Below, piece by piece: positions 11,671 to 21,317 of a stretch of DNA of 64,000 nt. Under the pieces are notes generated by a model that was given only the letters and a program-made list of their open reading frames with translations, had not been told where the DNA came from and did no database searches. Source of the DNA: Vicinamibacteria bacterium (lineage in GTDB: Bacteria; Acidobacteriota; Vicinamibacteria; Marinacidobacterales; Marinacidobacteraceae); contig OY821641.1 of NCBI GenBank assembly GCA_963555995.3, forward strand, positions 1,600,001 to 1,664,000, given 5' to 3'. Position 1 is the first letter of the stretch. Each line of letters starts with the position of its first letter. The translations under genes were made by a program, and so were the position numbers.

Positions 11671-12620
11671 GGAATCCGGGGCGCCGGTCCGTCCGGACTC
11701 CCGGCCGCTTCCTGCTCGTAGGTGAAGAGGAGGTGCACGCCGACACGGTCGCGCGGATAGCTGTCGGGAAGCCGCGGCAGGGGTTCGGCCAGCACGACCG
11801 CCCGGAGCGCCGCCCGGTCGAGGAGCGACTGGCCGCTCGAGGTCTCCACCTCGGCGTCACTGATGGCCCCATCGCGGAAGATCGTGAACCGGATGACCAC
11901 GGTGGCCCGGCCGCGAACGGGGATCTGCTGCCAGTTCGCCTGGATCCGGGCGATCATCTGGCGCTGGTAGAAGGCGTACTCGAAGTCCTGGTCGAAGCGC
12001 GTGCCGCCCGGGGTCCCTCCGAGGCCGATGCCGGTGTTGCCGGAAGCCTGCCGGTTGGCCACCCCGGCGCTGGCGGCTCTCCGGGTGGGCCGGGACTTGG
12101 TATCTACGGGGCGGCGGGTCTCGAGCCGGGCCGAATCGGCCCACGCGGCATCGCGCCCCCGGAGCCCGGATTCCGGGCGCTGGGGGCGCGCCGCCCGGCG
12201 GCGGGCGCGGGCGTCCGGAACCGGCATGCGGTCACGGTTCTCGACGGTCGGGCGCACCACCTCCGGACGGGACGCCGGAGGTTCGGGGACGGGTTCGGGC
12301 TCGGGCGGCGGAGGCTCGGGAGCGGGCGGCTCCGGTTCCGGTTCCGGGATGGGCTCCGGGGCAGGGGGCGGCGCCGCGGCGCTCCCGAGGCTCGGGGTCG
12401 GACTCGGGCCCGACATCCCGAGTTCGATGAAGGCGGCGGAGGGAGGCGCCAGATCGCGGCCCGAATCCAGCTCCAGACCCACGGCGGCGCCCCCCAGCAG
12501 CACGACGTGGGCGGTCGCGGACCAGATCAGGTGGCGCCGGAACGGTTCGTCCCCCCGGCCCGGCCGCGAGGATGCCGCCGGCCCTTGCCGGGTTGGCGGA
12601 GTCCGGGGAGGATCCGGCAC
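11667..12620 (-). CDS. tolA: TolA/TonB-family energy transducer
   Basis: TM anchor with S-x3-H (SATAHVVLL), Pro/Glu-rich linker, TonB_C-like SSGQSLLDRAALRAV. Located in the tol-pal operon. Confidence 0.8.
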   Translation of the reverse strand: MPDPPRTPPTRQGPAASSRPGRGDEPFRRHLIWSATAHVVLLGGAAVGLELDSGRDLAPPSAAFIELGMSGPSPTPSLGSAAAPPPAPEPIPEPEPEPPAPEPPPPEPEPVPEPPASRPEVVRPTVENRDRMPVPDARARRRAARPQRPESGLRGRDAAWADSARLETRRPVDTKSRPTRRAASAGVANRQASGNTGIGLGGTPGGTRFDQDFEYAFYQRQMIARIQANWQQIPVRGRATVVIRFTIFRDGAISDAEVETSSGQSLLDRAALRAVVLAEPLPRLPDSYPRDRVGVHLLFTYEQEAAGSPDGPAPRIP

Positions 12621-12626
12621 GAACAG

Positions 12627-13118
12627 CTACCTTTGCCGTTGTTCGCCGGGGTAGGCGTACACGAGACCCACACGGTCGAAACCCGCACGTTTCATCGTGT
12701 CTATTACCTCGATGACCTGTCCGTATTCTAGCGAGACATCCCCCTGCAGATAGCCTTCGCGAGCCCCCTCCAGATCAACGATTTCGCGGAGCCGCTCTTC
12801 CAGCAGCAGCGGGTTCACCGCCCGCTCGCCGACGAAGGTCCGGCCCTCGGCGTCCACCGTGACGATGACGCGCTCGGTGGCCTCCGCGGACCGCATCCGG
12901 GCGGTGGGCAGGTTCACCTCGAGGGAGCGGACGAGGAGCGGCGCGGTCACCATGAAGATGATCAGCAATACCAGCACCACGTCCACGAAAGGGGTGACGT
13001 TGATCTCGGAGAGCGCGCTCCCCGCGCCCGCTCTGCGGCGGGCGCCGAGCCGGGCCAGGGCGGAGCCGGAACCCGGTCCCGAAGTTCCCGCGGCGCCGCC
13101 GGCGGTTCCCATCCCCAT
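12627..13118 (-). CDS. tolR: TolR/ExbD biopolymer transporter
   Basis: EINVTPFVDVVLVLLIIFMVTAP signature. Confidence 0.9.
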   Translation of the reverse strand: MGMGTAGGAAGTSGPGSGSALARLGARRRAGAGSALSEINVTPFVDVVLVLLIIFMVTAPLLVRSLEVNLPTARMRSAEATERVIVTVDAEGRTFVGERAVNPLLLEERLREIVDLEGAREGYLQGDVSLEYGQVIEVIDTMKRAGFDRVGLVYAYPGEQRQR

Positions 13119-13122
13119 GCCG

Positions 13123-14004
13123 TCAGCGGGCCAGGTGCCGTTCCAGCATGGCCACGTACTCCATGGAGAAGTCGTCCATCGTGGTGGTGATCCGGCGAAT
13201 CTGGGCCAGGAAGGCGTTGTAGGCGATGACGGCCGGGATCGCCGCCGCCAGTCCCGCGGCGGTCGCGATCAGGGCTTCCGACACGCCGGGGGCGACCACG
13301 CTGATGTTCGCCGACTGGGTGAGCGCGATGTCCCGAAAGGAGTTCATGATGCCCCAGACGGTCCCGAAGAGTCCGATGAACGGGGTGGCGCCGCCGGTCG
13401 TCGCCAGAAACATCATCCGGTGCTCCAGCACCGCCGTCTCGGTGGACGAGGCGCGGAGCAGCGACCGCGCCACCGCTTCCATGTTGGAGACCCGCAGGCG
13501 GACCGGTTCTTTGTCCTCGGCGTCCTGCCGGGACTGGTAGCGGACTTCCTGGTAGCCGGCCTGGAACAGCCTCGCCAGCGGGCTGTCGGGATGTTTCCGG
13601 GCCCAGGCGACGACGTCCGCGAACCGCTTGGCGGACCGGAAATGGTTCAGGAAGGCGGCCGAACTCCGCTCCACCCGGCCGAGCCGCCGCGACTTGTGCA
13701 GGATGATGGCCCAGGAGACGAGACTGAAGAAGAGCAGGGTGGCGAGCACGAACCAGGCGACCGGCCCGGCCTCCACCACGAGCGCGAGGAAACCGCCCTC
13801 ATCGAGGAATCCCGCGGAGGGATCGAGTTCGACGGTGGTTACCGCCTCGTCCACAATCTCGGCGGCCTGGGGTTCGGGCGGCGTCTGTCCCGCCGCTGCG
13901 GCGAGGGGGAACAGCAGCGAGACCCCGGCCCCGAGGAGAGCGCGAAGGGAAGCCGTGAACCGGGCGAACACGTAGAAGCGGCGGGAGACCCGAATACCCA
14001 ACAT
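13123..14004 (-). CDS. tolQ: TolQ (MotA/TolQ/ExbB proton channel); start uncertain
   Basis: LATTGGATPFIGLFGTVWGIMNSF and VVAPGVSEALIATAAGLAAAIPAVIAYN. Confidence 0.92.
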   Translation of the reverse strand: MLGIRVSRRFYVFARFTASLRALLGAGVSLLFPLAAAAGQTPPEPQAAEIVDEAVTTVELDPSAGFLDEGGFLALVVEAGPVAWFVLATLLFFSLVSWAIILHKSRRLGRVERSSAAFLNHFRSAKRFADVVAWARKHPDSPLARLFQAGYQEVRYQSRQDAEDKEPVRLRVSNMEAVARSLLRASSTETAVLEHRMMFLATTGGATPFIGLFGTVWGIMNSFRDIALTQSANISVVAPGVSEALIATAAGLAAAIPAVIAYNAFLAQIRRITTTMDDFSMEYVAMLERHLAR

Positions 14005-14156
14005 ATAGTAGCCTAACCCATGCTCAACCACTATCCATTGGGGTTCCGGCCGTTTCGGGCGCCGATCCGCCGCGGGGAGGGTTCCGCGGGTCCAGGGGGC
14101 GCACCCCTCCGGTACTGACGCAGAGTCCGGACTTCCCGTTCCCACTGCCGGCCGCG

Positions 14157-15944
14157 ATGCTCCACTGGCTCCGGGCGCGAAACGTCGCCCTCCTCAAGGA
14201 CGTCTCGCTCGAGTTCGAAGCGGGCCTGAACGTGGTCACCGGCGAGACCGGGGCGGGCAAGAGCGTTCTGCTGGAGGCGCTCGGGCTGATTCTCGGGGGG
14301 CGCGGACGTTCGGCGCTCGTGGGTCCGCTGGCGGACCGCGCGGTCGTCGAGGCAGGGTTCACCGCTCCCGGAGCGGGAACCGCGGACGGGGAGCGATTCG
14401 GGGCGCTCGCCGAGGAGGCGGGAGTCTCCGCCGAGGACGGCGATCTCGTGATCCGGCGGGAGCTGCGGCTCGGGCCGGGACGGCGCTCGATCGTCAACCG
14501 GGTCACCGTGAACGGGACGGCGGCGCCGGTGGCGGTGCTGCGCGCGCTGGGCGCGATCCTCGCCGAGGTCTACAGCCAGGGCGAGTACCTGGCGCTCCTG
14601 CAGCCCGGCGCCGCCCGGGAGGCGGTGGACGAGGCGGGTGGCCACGCTCCCCGGCGGCGTGAACTGGCGGTCGCCTTCCGCGACCTCCGTGCTCGGGAAG
14701 CGGAGCGCGACGCCCTCCAGGAGCGGCTGACCGCGGCGGCGGCGCAGCGCGCCGAGATGGAGAGGGCCCTCGAAGCGATCGAACGGGCAGCGCCGCAACC
14801 GGGCGAGATCGGGGGCCTGCTGGAAGAGCGGCGAACGCTCGGCCACGCGGAACAGCTCGCCGGCCGCCTCGAGAGTGCGTACCAGGCGCTCTACGGGTCG
14901 GACTCCGCGGCGGGCGCGCAGTTGGCGGTTGCGCTCCGCGCCCTCGAGGACGCTGGCGCGATGGACCCCCGGACCGCCGGTCTGCTCGACGGACGCCCGG
15001 ACCTGCTGGTCGAGGTGGAGGACCTCGCCGCCGCGGTGCGGGACCGGCGCGACCGCGTCCGGGCGGCGCCGGAGCGGCTCGCGGAAATCGAAGATCGCCT
15101 CGCCGTGCTGCGAGGTCTCGAGCGCCGTTACGCCGGAGGAGCGGGCGGCGCGGACGCCTTGTTGGAGCGGGCTGCCGAGATAAGGGGCGTCCTCGCCGAA
15201 TTCACGGACCAGGCCGCCGAACGCCGCCGCGCGGCAGCCGCGGCCCACGCTGCGGCTGCGCTCTACCGGGAGCGGGCGGCGGCGCTCCGCGCGGCGCGCG
15301 CCGCCGCCGCGAAGGCGCTCGCCGGCGGGGTGCGGGGTGAACTTGCCGGCCTCGGGATTCCCCGCGCCCGTTTCTCCATCGGGATCGAACCGCTCGCGGG
15401 AGAATCCGGGTCCGGGGAGGCGGAAGGCACCGGGCACTTCACGGAACACGGCCTCGACCGGGTGGAGTTCCTGTTCAGCGCCAGTCCCGGGATGGCGCCG
15501 GCGCCCATCGGAGAGGTCGCCTCGGGAGGGGAGTCGTCGCGGTTCTTTCTCGCGCTGAAGGCCGCCGGGGCGGGGAAGGGGGGTGCGGCGACCCTGGTCT
15601 TCGACGAGGCGGACACGGGGACGTCCGGCCGCATCGCCGATGCCGTCGGGCGGCGCCTGCGGCGGCTCGCCACCTCGCACCAGGTCGTTTCCGTCACCCA
15701 TCTGCCCCAGGTCGCCGCCCTTGGGCGGGTCCACCTCGTTGTCGAGAAACTAGAATCCGGCGATGCGGTTCGGGTCTCCACCCTCGGTGGCGACGCCCGG
15801 ACCGAGGAAATCGCCCGTATGCTCGCCGGCCCCGAGGTCACCGACACCGCTCGCCGACACGCCTCCCAACTGCTCGCCGGCGCGGACGCCGAGGCCCCGG
15901 GCAACGAGACCGGAGGCCTCGCGCCGGGGCCGGCGGGGCGCTGA
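14157..15944 (+). CDS. recN: DNA repair protein RecN
   Basis: Walker A TGETGAGKS, coiled coil, ASGGE signature, LVFDEAD, VTHLPQVAA, EEIARML. Confidence 0.95.
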   Translation: MLHWLRARNVALLKDVSLEFEAGLNVVTGETGAGKSVLLEALGLILGGRGRSALVGPLADRAVVEAGFTAPGAGTADGERFGALAEEAGVSAEDGDLVIRRELRLGPGRRSIVNRVTVNGTAAPVAVLRALGAILAEVYSQGEYLALLQPGAAREAVDEAGGHAPRRRELAVAFRDLRAREAERDALQERLTAAAAQRAEMERALEAIERAAPQPGEIGGLLEERRTLGHAEQLAGRLESAYQALYGSDSAAGAQLAVALRALEDAGAMDPRTAGLLDGRPDLLVEVEDLAAAVRDRRDRVRAAPERLAEIEDRLAVLRGLERRYAGGAGGADALLERAAEIRGVLAEFTDQAAERRRAAAAAHAAAALYRERAAALRAARAAAAKALAGGVRGELAGLGIPRARFSIGIEPLAGESGSGEAEGTGHFTEHGLDRVEFLFSASPGMAPAPIGEVASGGESSRFFLALKAAGAGKGGAATLVFDEADTGTSGRIADAVGRRLRRLATSHQVVSVTHLPQVAALGRVHLVVEKLESGDAVRVSTLGGDARTEEIARMLAGPEVTDTARRHASQLLAGADAEAPGNETGGLAPGPAGR

Positions 15945-17471
15945 ATGACCGCCCGCGCGCCCATCCCGCCGCCGCTCCGGACCGGTCCGGCCGCCGGGCA
16001 TCCCGCCGCGGCCCCGGCCGCCGGGCATCCCCTCCGGTTTCGGATCGAGACCTGGGGTTGCCAGATGAACGTCCACGACTCGGAGAAGATGGCGGCGGCG
16101 CTGGGGTCGCTCGGTTGCCGGCCGGCGGACACGGAGCCCGCCGAGGTCGTGGTCCTGAATACCTGTTCGGTTCGGGAGAAGGCGCAGGAAAAGGTCTTCG
16201 CCCGGGTGGAGCAGCTCCTCGGCCGGGGCGGCGAGCGCCCGCGACTGATCGGGGTGGCGGGATGCGTGGCGCAGCAGGAGGGGGAGGCGATTTTCGGCCG
16301 GGCGCCGGCGGTGGACTTCGTCCTCGGCACCCAGAGCCTGGTGCTCCTGCCGGACATCGTGCGCCGGCTCCTCGACGGAGAGACCCGGATCGTCGAGACC
16401 GGGCGCCATCCGGACAACCTCGACATCCCCCCGGAGCAGATCGCCCGGATTCCCGGGGTCAAGGCGTACATCACGATCATGGAGGGTTGCGACAACTTCT
16501 GCTCGTTCTGCGTGGTGCCCTTCACCCGCGGGCGCGAGCGCTGCCGGAGCGTGTCTTCCATCGTGCGGGAAGCGGAGTCGCTCGCGGCGTCGGGGTTCCG
16601 GGAGGTCCAGCTTCTCGGCCAGAACGTGAACTCCTACCGGGACCCGGAAGACGGAAGGGGCTTCGCCGAACTGACCGACGCGGTGGGCGCGGTGCCGGGC
16701 ATTCGCCGGATCCGCTTCACGAGCCCGCATCCCAAGGACTTCAGCGACGCGCTGATGGACCGCTTCGCCGCCGGGGGTCCGCTGATGCCGCACATGCACC
16801 TCCCCGCGCAATCGGGTTCGACGGCCGTGCTGGAACGCATGCGGCGCGGCTACAGCCGTGCGGAGTTCCTGGACCTGGTGGGGCGAGCGCGGGAGAAGGC
16901 TCCCGAACTCGCCCTCTCCACGGACCTGATCGTCGGCTTCTGCGGCGAGACGCGGCGCGAGTTCGAAGACACCCTGACGCTCCTCGACGAGGTGCGGTTC
17001 TCCTCGGTCTATTCGTTCAAGTACTCCGAGCGCCCGCACACGCTCGCCTCGAAGCGGTTGCCCGACGACGTGCCGGACCCGGAGAAGACGGACCGGCTCG
17101 TCGAACTCCAGGCCCGGCAGCGGGAGATCCAGCTCGCCCTGCACCGCGGCCTGGTCGGCCGCGAGGTGGAAGTGCTCGTCGAGGGCCCCAGCCGCCGGGG
17201 TGATGGCCTCGCCGGACGGGGGCCCGACAACCGCATCGTCAACTTCGACGGCCCGCCGGAGGCCACCGGGAGCTTCGGCGAGGTGCGGATCACCGGGTTC
17301 GGCCCGAACAGCCTGCTGGGTGAGCCCGTGAGTTCGCTGACGCCGCGCCGGCTCGCCGGGGCGCCGGCGGGCCTCAGCAACGACCCGGGTGACGGGGGCG
17401 CCCCGATCCCCCTCCCCGTCGTCCCGGCGGCCCCGGGAAACGGCGCCTGCGAGGCCATGTCCGCCGGATGA
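15945..17471 (+). CDS. miaB: tRNA methylthiotransferase MiaB
   Basis: TWGCQMNVHDSE, NTCSVREKA, radical SAM CDNFCSFC, RIRFTSPHP, C-terminal TRAM domain. Confidence 0.95.
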   Translation: MTARAPIPPPLRTGPAAGHPAAAPAAGHPLRFRIETWGCQMNVHDSEKMAAALGSLGCRPADTEPAEVVVLNTCSVREKAQEKVFARVEQLLGRGGERPRLIGVAGCVAQQEGEAIFGRAPAVDFVLGTQSLVLLPDIVRRLLDGETRIVETGRHPDNLDIPPEQIARIPGVKAYITIMEGCDNFCSFCVVPFTRGRERCRSVSSIVREAESLAASGFREVQLLGQNVNSYRDPEDGRGFAELTDAVGAVPGIRRIRFTSPHPKDFSDALMDRFAAGGPLMPHMHLPAQSGSTAVLERMRRGYSRAEFLDLVGRAREKAPELALSTDLIVGFCGETRREFEDTLTLLDEVRFSSVYSFKYSERPHTLASKRLPDDVPDPEKTDRLVELQARQREIQLALHRGLVGREVEVLVEGPSRRGDGLAGRGPDNRIVNFDGPPEATGSFGEVRITGFGPNSLLGEPVSSLTPRRLAGAPAGLSNDPGDGGAPIPLPVVPAAPGNGACEAMSAG

Positions 17472-17493
17472 GCGCGGCAACGAGGAGCTGACC

Positions 17494-17994
17494 GTGGAGA
17501 TCGAGGTAAGCATCAAGGCGATCCTGATGGTGCCGCGGACCAGCGCCGCGGTCGTGATGCTCAAGGAGGAGTCCGGCGATCGGGAAGTCCCCATCTGGGT
17601 GGGACCCATGGAGGTCCGCGCGATCGGCCTCCAGATCGAGAACTACGAGCCGCCCCGGCCCTTCACGCACGACCTGATCCGGGAACTGCTCCGGGAGCTG
17701 GATGCCCGGGTCACCAAGGTGGTGATCCATGACGTGCAGGACAACACCTTCTACGCGCATGTCCATCTCCAGCGCAAGCGCCAGCGGCTCGCGGTGGACG
17801 CGAGGCCGAGCGACGCCATTGCCCTCGCGCTGCGGACGCGGGCGCCCATCTTCGTCCATTCCCGCGTCATCGAGCGCGGCGCCCGCCGCGCCGAGGAGCT
17901 CATGGCGGAGGACGTCGAACCACCGGAGGACAGCGAGGCGCTCGGTGACTGGCTGGAGGCGCTCGACGAGGACGACCTCGGTGACGCGCACTGA
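17494..17994 (+). CDS. Bifunctional nuclease (DUF151) family protein
   Basis: VPIWVG..E, PRPFTHDL, NTFYA, DARPSDAIALALR. RBS GAGGAG precedes GTG 17494. Confidence 0.9.
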   Translation: MEIEVSIKAILMVPRTSAAVVMLKEESGDREVPIWVGPMEVRAIGLQIENYEPPRPFTHDLIRELLRELDARVTKVVIHDVQDNTFYAHVHLQRKRQRLAVDARPSDAIALALRTRAPIFVHSRVIERGARRAEELMAEDVEPPEDSEALGDWLEALDEDDLGDAH

Positions 17995-18770
17995 TGCACG
18001 CCACCATCACCGTTGCGAACCAGAAGGGCGGGGTAGCCAAGACCACCACCGCGGTCAACCTGGCGGCGGCGTTCGCCGGCGCCGGACACCGGACGCTGCT
18101 GGTGGATGTGGATCCCCAGGCGAACGCCTCGGTGAGCGTCATCGAGCCGGACCCGTCCCGTCCCTCGATGCTGGAGGCGCTCACCGGCGAGGTCCGCTTC
18201 GCGAAGATCATCAGCCCTACCTCGGTGGAAGGCCTGTCGGTCGCCGAGGCGCGTATCTCGCTCGCGAAGCTGGAGCGGCAGCTCCTCGGCGACATTGATG
18301 CCCACTACCGGCTCCGGGACCGCCTCCAGTACGTCCGGGGGGAATTCGAGTACGTGGTGATTGATACCCCTCCCACTCTCGGGCTCATCACGGTGAACGC
18401 GTTGGTGGCGAGTGACTACCTGCTGCTGCCGCTGCCGCCCACCTACTACGCTCTGGAGGGCGCCGACGACCTGCTGGACACCCTCGAGCAGGTCCGCCGC
18501 CGCCCCAATCCCGATCTGTCGCTCCTCGGAGTGGTGGTCACGATGGCGGATCAGCGCACCCGGATCGCCCGCGACGCGATCCGCAAGATCCGGGGACACT
18601 TCGGAAAGGCCGTCTTTCGGACGCTGATCGGCCGGAACGTCCGGCTCGAAGAGAGTCCCGCCTACAAGGAGTCCATCTTCGCGTTCGCCCCCGACTCCCG
18701 GGGAGCCGAGGACTACGGACGCCTGTCTCGGGAGGTGCTTGCCCGTGTCCAAGCGAACTGGTCTCCCTGA
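17994..18770 (+). CDS. parA: ParA/Soj family ATPase
   Basis: ANQKGGVAKTTT, DVDPQAN, IDTPPTLG, NALVA, RNVRLEESP. Confidence 0.92.
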   Translation: MHATITVANQKGGVAKTTTAVNLAAAFAGAGHRTLLVDVDPQANASVSVIEPDPSRPSMLEALTGEVRFAKIISPTSVEGLSVAEARISLAKLERQLLGDIDAHYRLRDRLQYVRGEFEYVVIDTPPTLGLITVNALVASDYLLLPLPPTYYALEGADDLLDTLEQVRRRPNPDLSLLGVVVTMADQRTRIARDAIRKIRGHFGKAVFRTLIGRNVRLEESPAYKESIFAFAPDSRGAEDYGRLSREVLARVQANWSP

Positions 18771-19614
18771 AAAAGTCGCTCTGAAGCCGCGTGAGAGCCA
18801 CTACGTGGCGGGGCTCGCTCCCGAAGAGCCGCAGGTCCGGCACCGGATGATCCCGACGGCGCAGATCCATCCCAATCCCGATCAGCCGCGCCAGCGCATC
18901 GGGGCGCTGGAGCCGCTCGCCACCTCGATCCGCGACCAGGGCATCCTCCAGCCGATTCTGGTCCGCCGCCTGGGTCCCAAGGACTTCCAGATCATCGCGG
19001 GCGAGCGGCGCTATCGCGCCGCGGTACTCGCCGGGCTGCGCGAAGTGCCGTGCGTCGAACGGGAGGCCGAGGCGGGGGACGCGCTCGAGTTGGCCCTCGT
19101 GGAGAACCTGTTGCGGGACGACCTCTCCGCCTTCGAAGAGGCTGCCGCCTACGAGGGGCTCATCCGGGAGCATGGACACACCCACGACTCGCTCGCCCGC
19201 CGGGTCGGCAAGGGACGCACGTCCATCACCGAGACCCTCGCCCTCCTGAACATACCGGAGGAGATCCGGGAACTCGCCCAGGCCTCCGGGATCGTCTCCC
19301 GCCGCCAGTTGCTGCGGGTGGCCCGCGAACCGAATGCGGAAGCCATGCTGGCCGCTGTCCAGCGGCTCGCCCAGGGGATCGGGGAGCCGGCGCCCAAACG
19401 CCCGAAGGGCAGGGGAGAGCGCGCGCGGCCCTTCGTCTTCCGCTACGCCCCGAAAGACGGTCCTTTCCGTCTGCAGTTGACCTTCCGCCGCAGCGAGGTC
19501 GAAGAGGCGGACGTGGTGGAGGCGCTCCGAACCCTGCTGCGGCAGCTCGAAGAGGCGAGCGACGATGTCGGCGCGCCGACATCGGACGCAAGCGACAGCG
19601 AATCAAAGAGTTAG
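18739..19614 (+). CDS. parB: ParB/Spo0J family partition protein
   Basis: PNPDQPR, GILQPILVR, IIAGERRYRA (CTP-binding box), ALVENLLRDDLSAFEEA and an HTH. Confidence 0.92.
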   Translation: MPVSKRTGLPEKVALKPRESHYVAGLAPEEPQVRHRMIPTAQIHPNPDQPRQRIGALEPLATSIRDQGILQPILVRRLGPKDFQIIAGERRYRAAVLAGLREVPCVEREAEAGDALELALVENLLRDDLSAFEEAAAYEGLIREHGHTHDSLARRVGKGRTSITETLALLNIPEEIRELAQASGIVSRRQLLRVAREPNAEAMLAAVQRLAQGIGEPAPKRPKGRGERARPFVFRYAPKDGPFRLQLTFRRSEVEEADVVEALRTLLRQLEEASDDVGAPTSDASDSESKS

Positions 19615-19693
19615 ACCGGGTATCGGTCAGTTCTTCCGGTATCGCCGGTCGAATGCCGGACGATTTCCGGGACGCCACAATAGAATGCCGCGC

Positions 19694-20266
19694 ATGTCCC
19701 GATTCTCAGCTTCCGCACTCTTGGCAGCCGGTCTGGCCACCGGTCTCGCCGCCACCGCCGGGTCCGCGCAGGACACCGACACGCCGACCGTGAAGGTCGG
19801 TGACCCGGCCCCCGATTTCGAACTCGAGGACGCCCACGGCGCCTCGTACCGTCTTTCGGAACTGCTGAAGCGCGGCCCGGTCGTCCTGGAGTTCTTCCGG
19901 AGCGGGGGTTGGTGACCATTCTGCATTGCGCAACTCGGCGAGTTGCAAGGATCCCTGGCTGAGTTCGAGGCGGCGGACACGACCGTGCTCGGCATTTCGA
20001 AGTACGGGACCGGGGAGACCCTGACGTGGCTCTCGAAGAACGACTGGTCCTTCCCGATCCTGGTGGACGGAGGCCCGGTCATCCGCGAGTACGGCATCCC
20101 CAACCCGGATCACGACGGGACGGACCGGGAAGGCATACCCCATCCCGCGACCATCATCGTGGATCCGGACGGTGTCGTCCGTTTCGTCAACGTCTGGGTG
20201 AACTACCGTGACCGCACGGCGCCCAACGAGATCCTCGCCGAGATCTCCCGTCTCGGGGGGTCCTGA
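19694..20266 (+). CDS. Exported peroxiredoxin-like (AhpC/TSA-redoxin) selenoprotein, UxxC, Sec at TGA 19913-19915
   Basis: Signal peptide, then VGDPAPDFEL...GPVVLEFFRSGGW-[TGA]-PFCIAQLGEL continuing in the same frame into ORF 19943-20266 (HPATIIVDPDGVVRF). A SECIS-like hairpin follows the TGA. Confidence 0.85.
19926..19948 (+). promoter_or_regulatory. Candidate bacterial SECIS element 1
   Basis: GCAACTC-ggc-GAGTTGC stem (19930-19946). The apical loop starts with G, 22 nt after the UGA. Confidence 0.65.
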
Positions 20267-20298
20267 TGACCGCCCATCACCAAAAGGAGTTCCGGCCC

Positions 20299-20835
20299 AT
20301 GAAACGCCGTCTCACGCTGTCCGCCCTGCTGTTGGCCGTGTCCGGCGGTCTTGCCGCCGGTCAGGCGCCGATGATTCCCGACTGGGAGAACGCGGCGAGG
20401 TTCGAGCTGGTGGCCTCGCAGTCCCCGGTCCGTCCCGGCGACCGCCTCGAAGTGGCGGTGGTCGCGGAACTGGACGCGGGGTACCACCTCTACGGCCCCG
20501 AAGAGGCCTTCCCGACCGCCACCGTGGTGGAACTCGTCGAGGGAGGAGCCTTCGAGAGCGGTGAGCCCGCCTATCCGCCGCCGATCCGGCGGGATCTTTC
20601 GGGACTCGGGGAATACGACCTCTACGAGGGGACGATCGCCATCCGGATCCCGGTCACCTCCGTTCGCGAGCGGGGCCGGTCCGCGGACGCCGAGGTGCTG
20701 GTCCGCTACCAGCTCTGCACGGACAACGCCTGCAGCGCGCCCACCAGCACCACCCTGGAGCTGTCGCTGCCGACCGCGAGGGCCGGGGCCCCGGTGAAGG
20801 CGCTGCATTCCGAGATCTTCGGGGAATCGCGATGA
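20299..20835 (+). CDS. Exported DsbD N-terminal (alpha) domain protein
   Basis: Signal peptide, GYHLYG, YEG, YQLCTDNACSAP (two-Cys motif). RBS AAGGAG. Confidence 0.8.
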   Translation: MKRRLTLSALLLAVSGGLAAGQAPMIPDWENAARFELVASQSPVRPGDRLEVAVVAELDAGYHLYGPEEAFPTATVVELVEGGAFESGEPAYPPPIRRDLSGLGEYDLYEGTIAIRIPVTSVRERGRSADAEVLVRYQLCTDNACSAPTSTTLELSLPTARAGAPVKALHSEIFGESR

Positions 20836-21317
20836 GTCGCGTGGTCCATACCTGCCACGCCCGGGTCGTCAAGGAGGCCGGTCCGGTCCGGCAGGCCTTC
20901 CTCGAGGACTTCGAGGCGCCCGTCCGTTTCGGCGTCCACAGCGGGATCGCCGCGTTCTACGGGGTCACCCCGGCGGAGGAGCTGCCGGCGACCCTCGACT
21001 ACGTGGTGGCCGCCACCGGCGGTTGAATGGTGGGTACGTTCGGGCGGGCGCTCGAAGTACGCGGCATTCCGAGCCAGCCGGATCGGCTTTCGGCCGATAT
21101 CGAGGGCGACATTGTGGACGAGAACGGGGTCATGGCGCTGCGGGCCATCCGCATCCGGTACCGGGTGGCGTTGCCGGCCGGCAAACGCGAAGAAGCGGAA
21201 CGCGCGCTTCGCTTCCATGAGCGCGGCTGCCCCCTGGCCAACACCCTGAAGGACGGCGTGGACATCACGTATACGGCCGACTTCGAAGAACTGGACGGCG
21301 CGGGCGCGGCTGGATGA
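20832..21317 (+). CDS. OsmC/Ohr-like selenoprotein, Sec at TGA 21024-21026
   Basis: TLDYVVAATGG-[TGA]-MVGTFGRAL in one frame, with the resolving Cys in GCPLANTL. ATGA overlaps couple it to both neighbours. A SECIS-like hairpin follows the TGA. Confidence 0.85.
21034..21060 (+). promoter_or_regulatory. Candidate bacterial SECIS element 2
   Basis: GTAC-g-TTCGGGC-gggc-GCTCGAA-GTAC hairpin. The apical loop starts with G, 20 nt after the UGA. Confidence 0.65.

Noticed and set aside
11667-14004. TonB-ExbBD iron-uptake system
   Set aside because: Direct linkage to tolB-pal-cpoB identifies it as Tol-Pal.
19565-21317. Four separate small genes or nonsense pseudogenes (19565-19915, 19943-20266, 20832-21026, 21027-21317)
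   Set aside because: Both stops are TGA at catalytic Cys positions with in-frame continuation and SECIS-like hairpins. Selenocysteine read-through explains them better.
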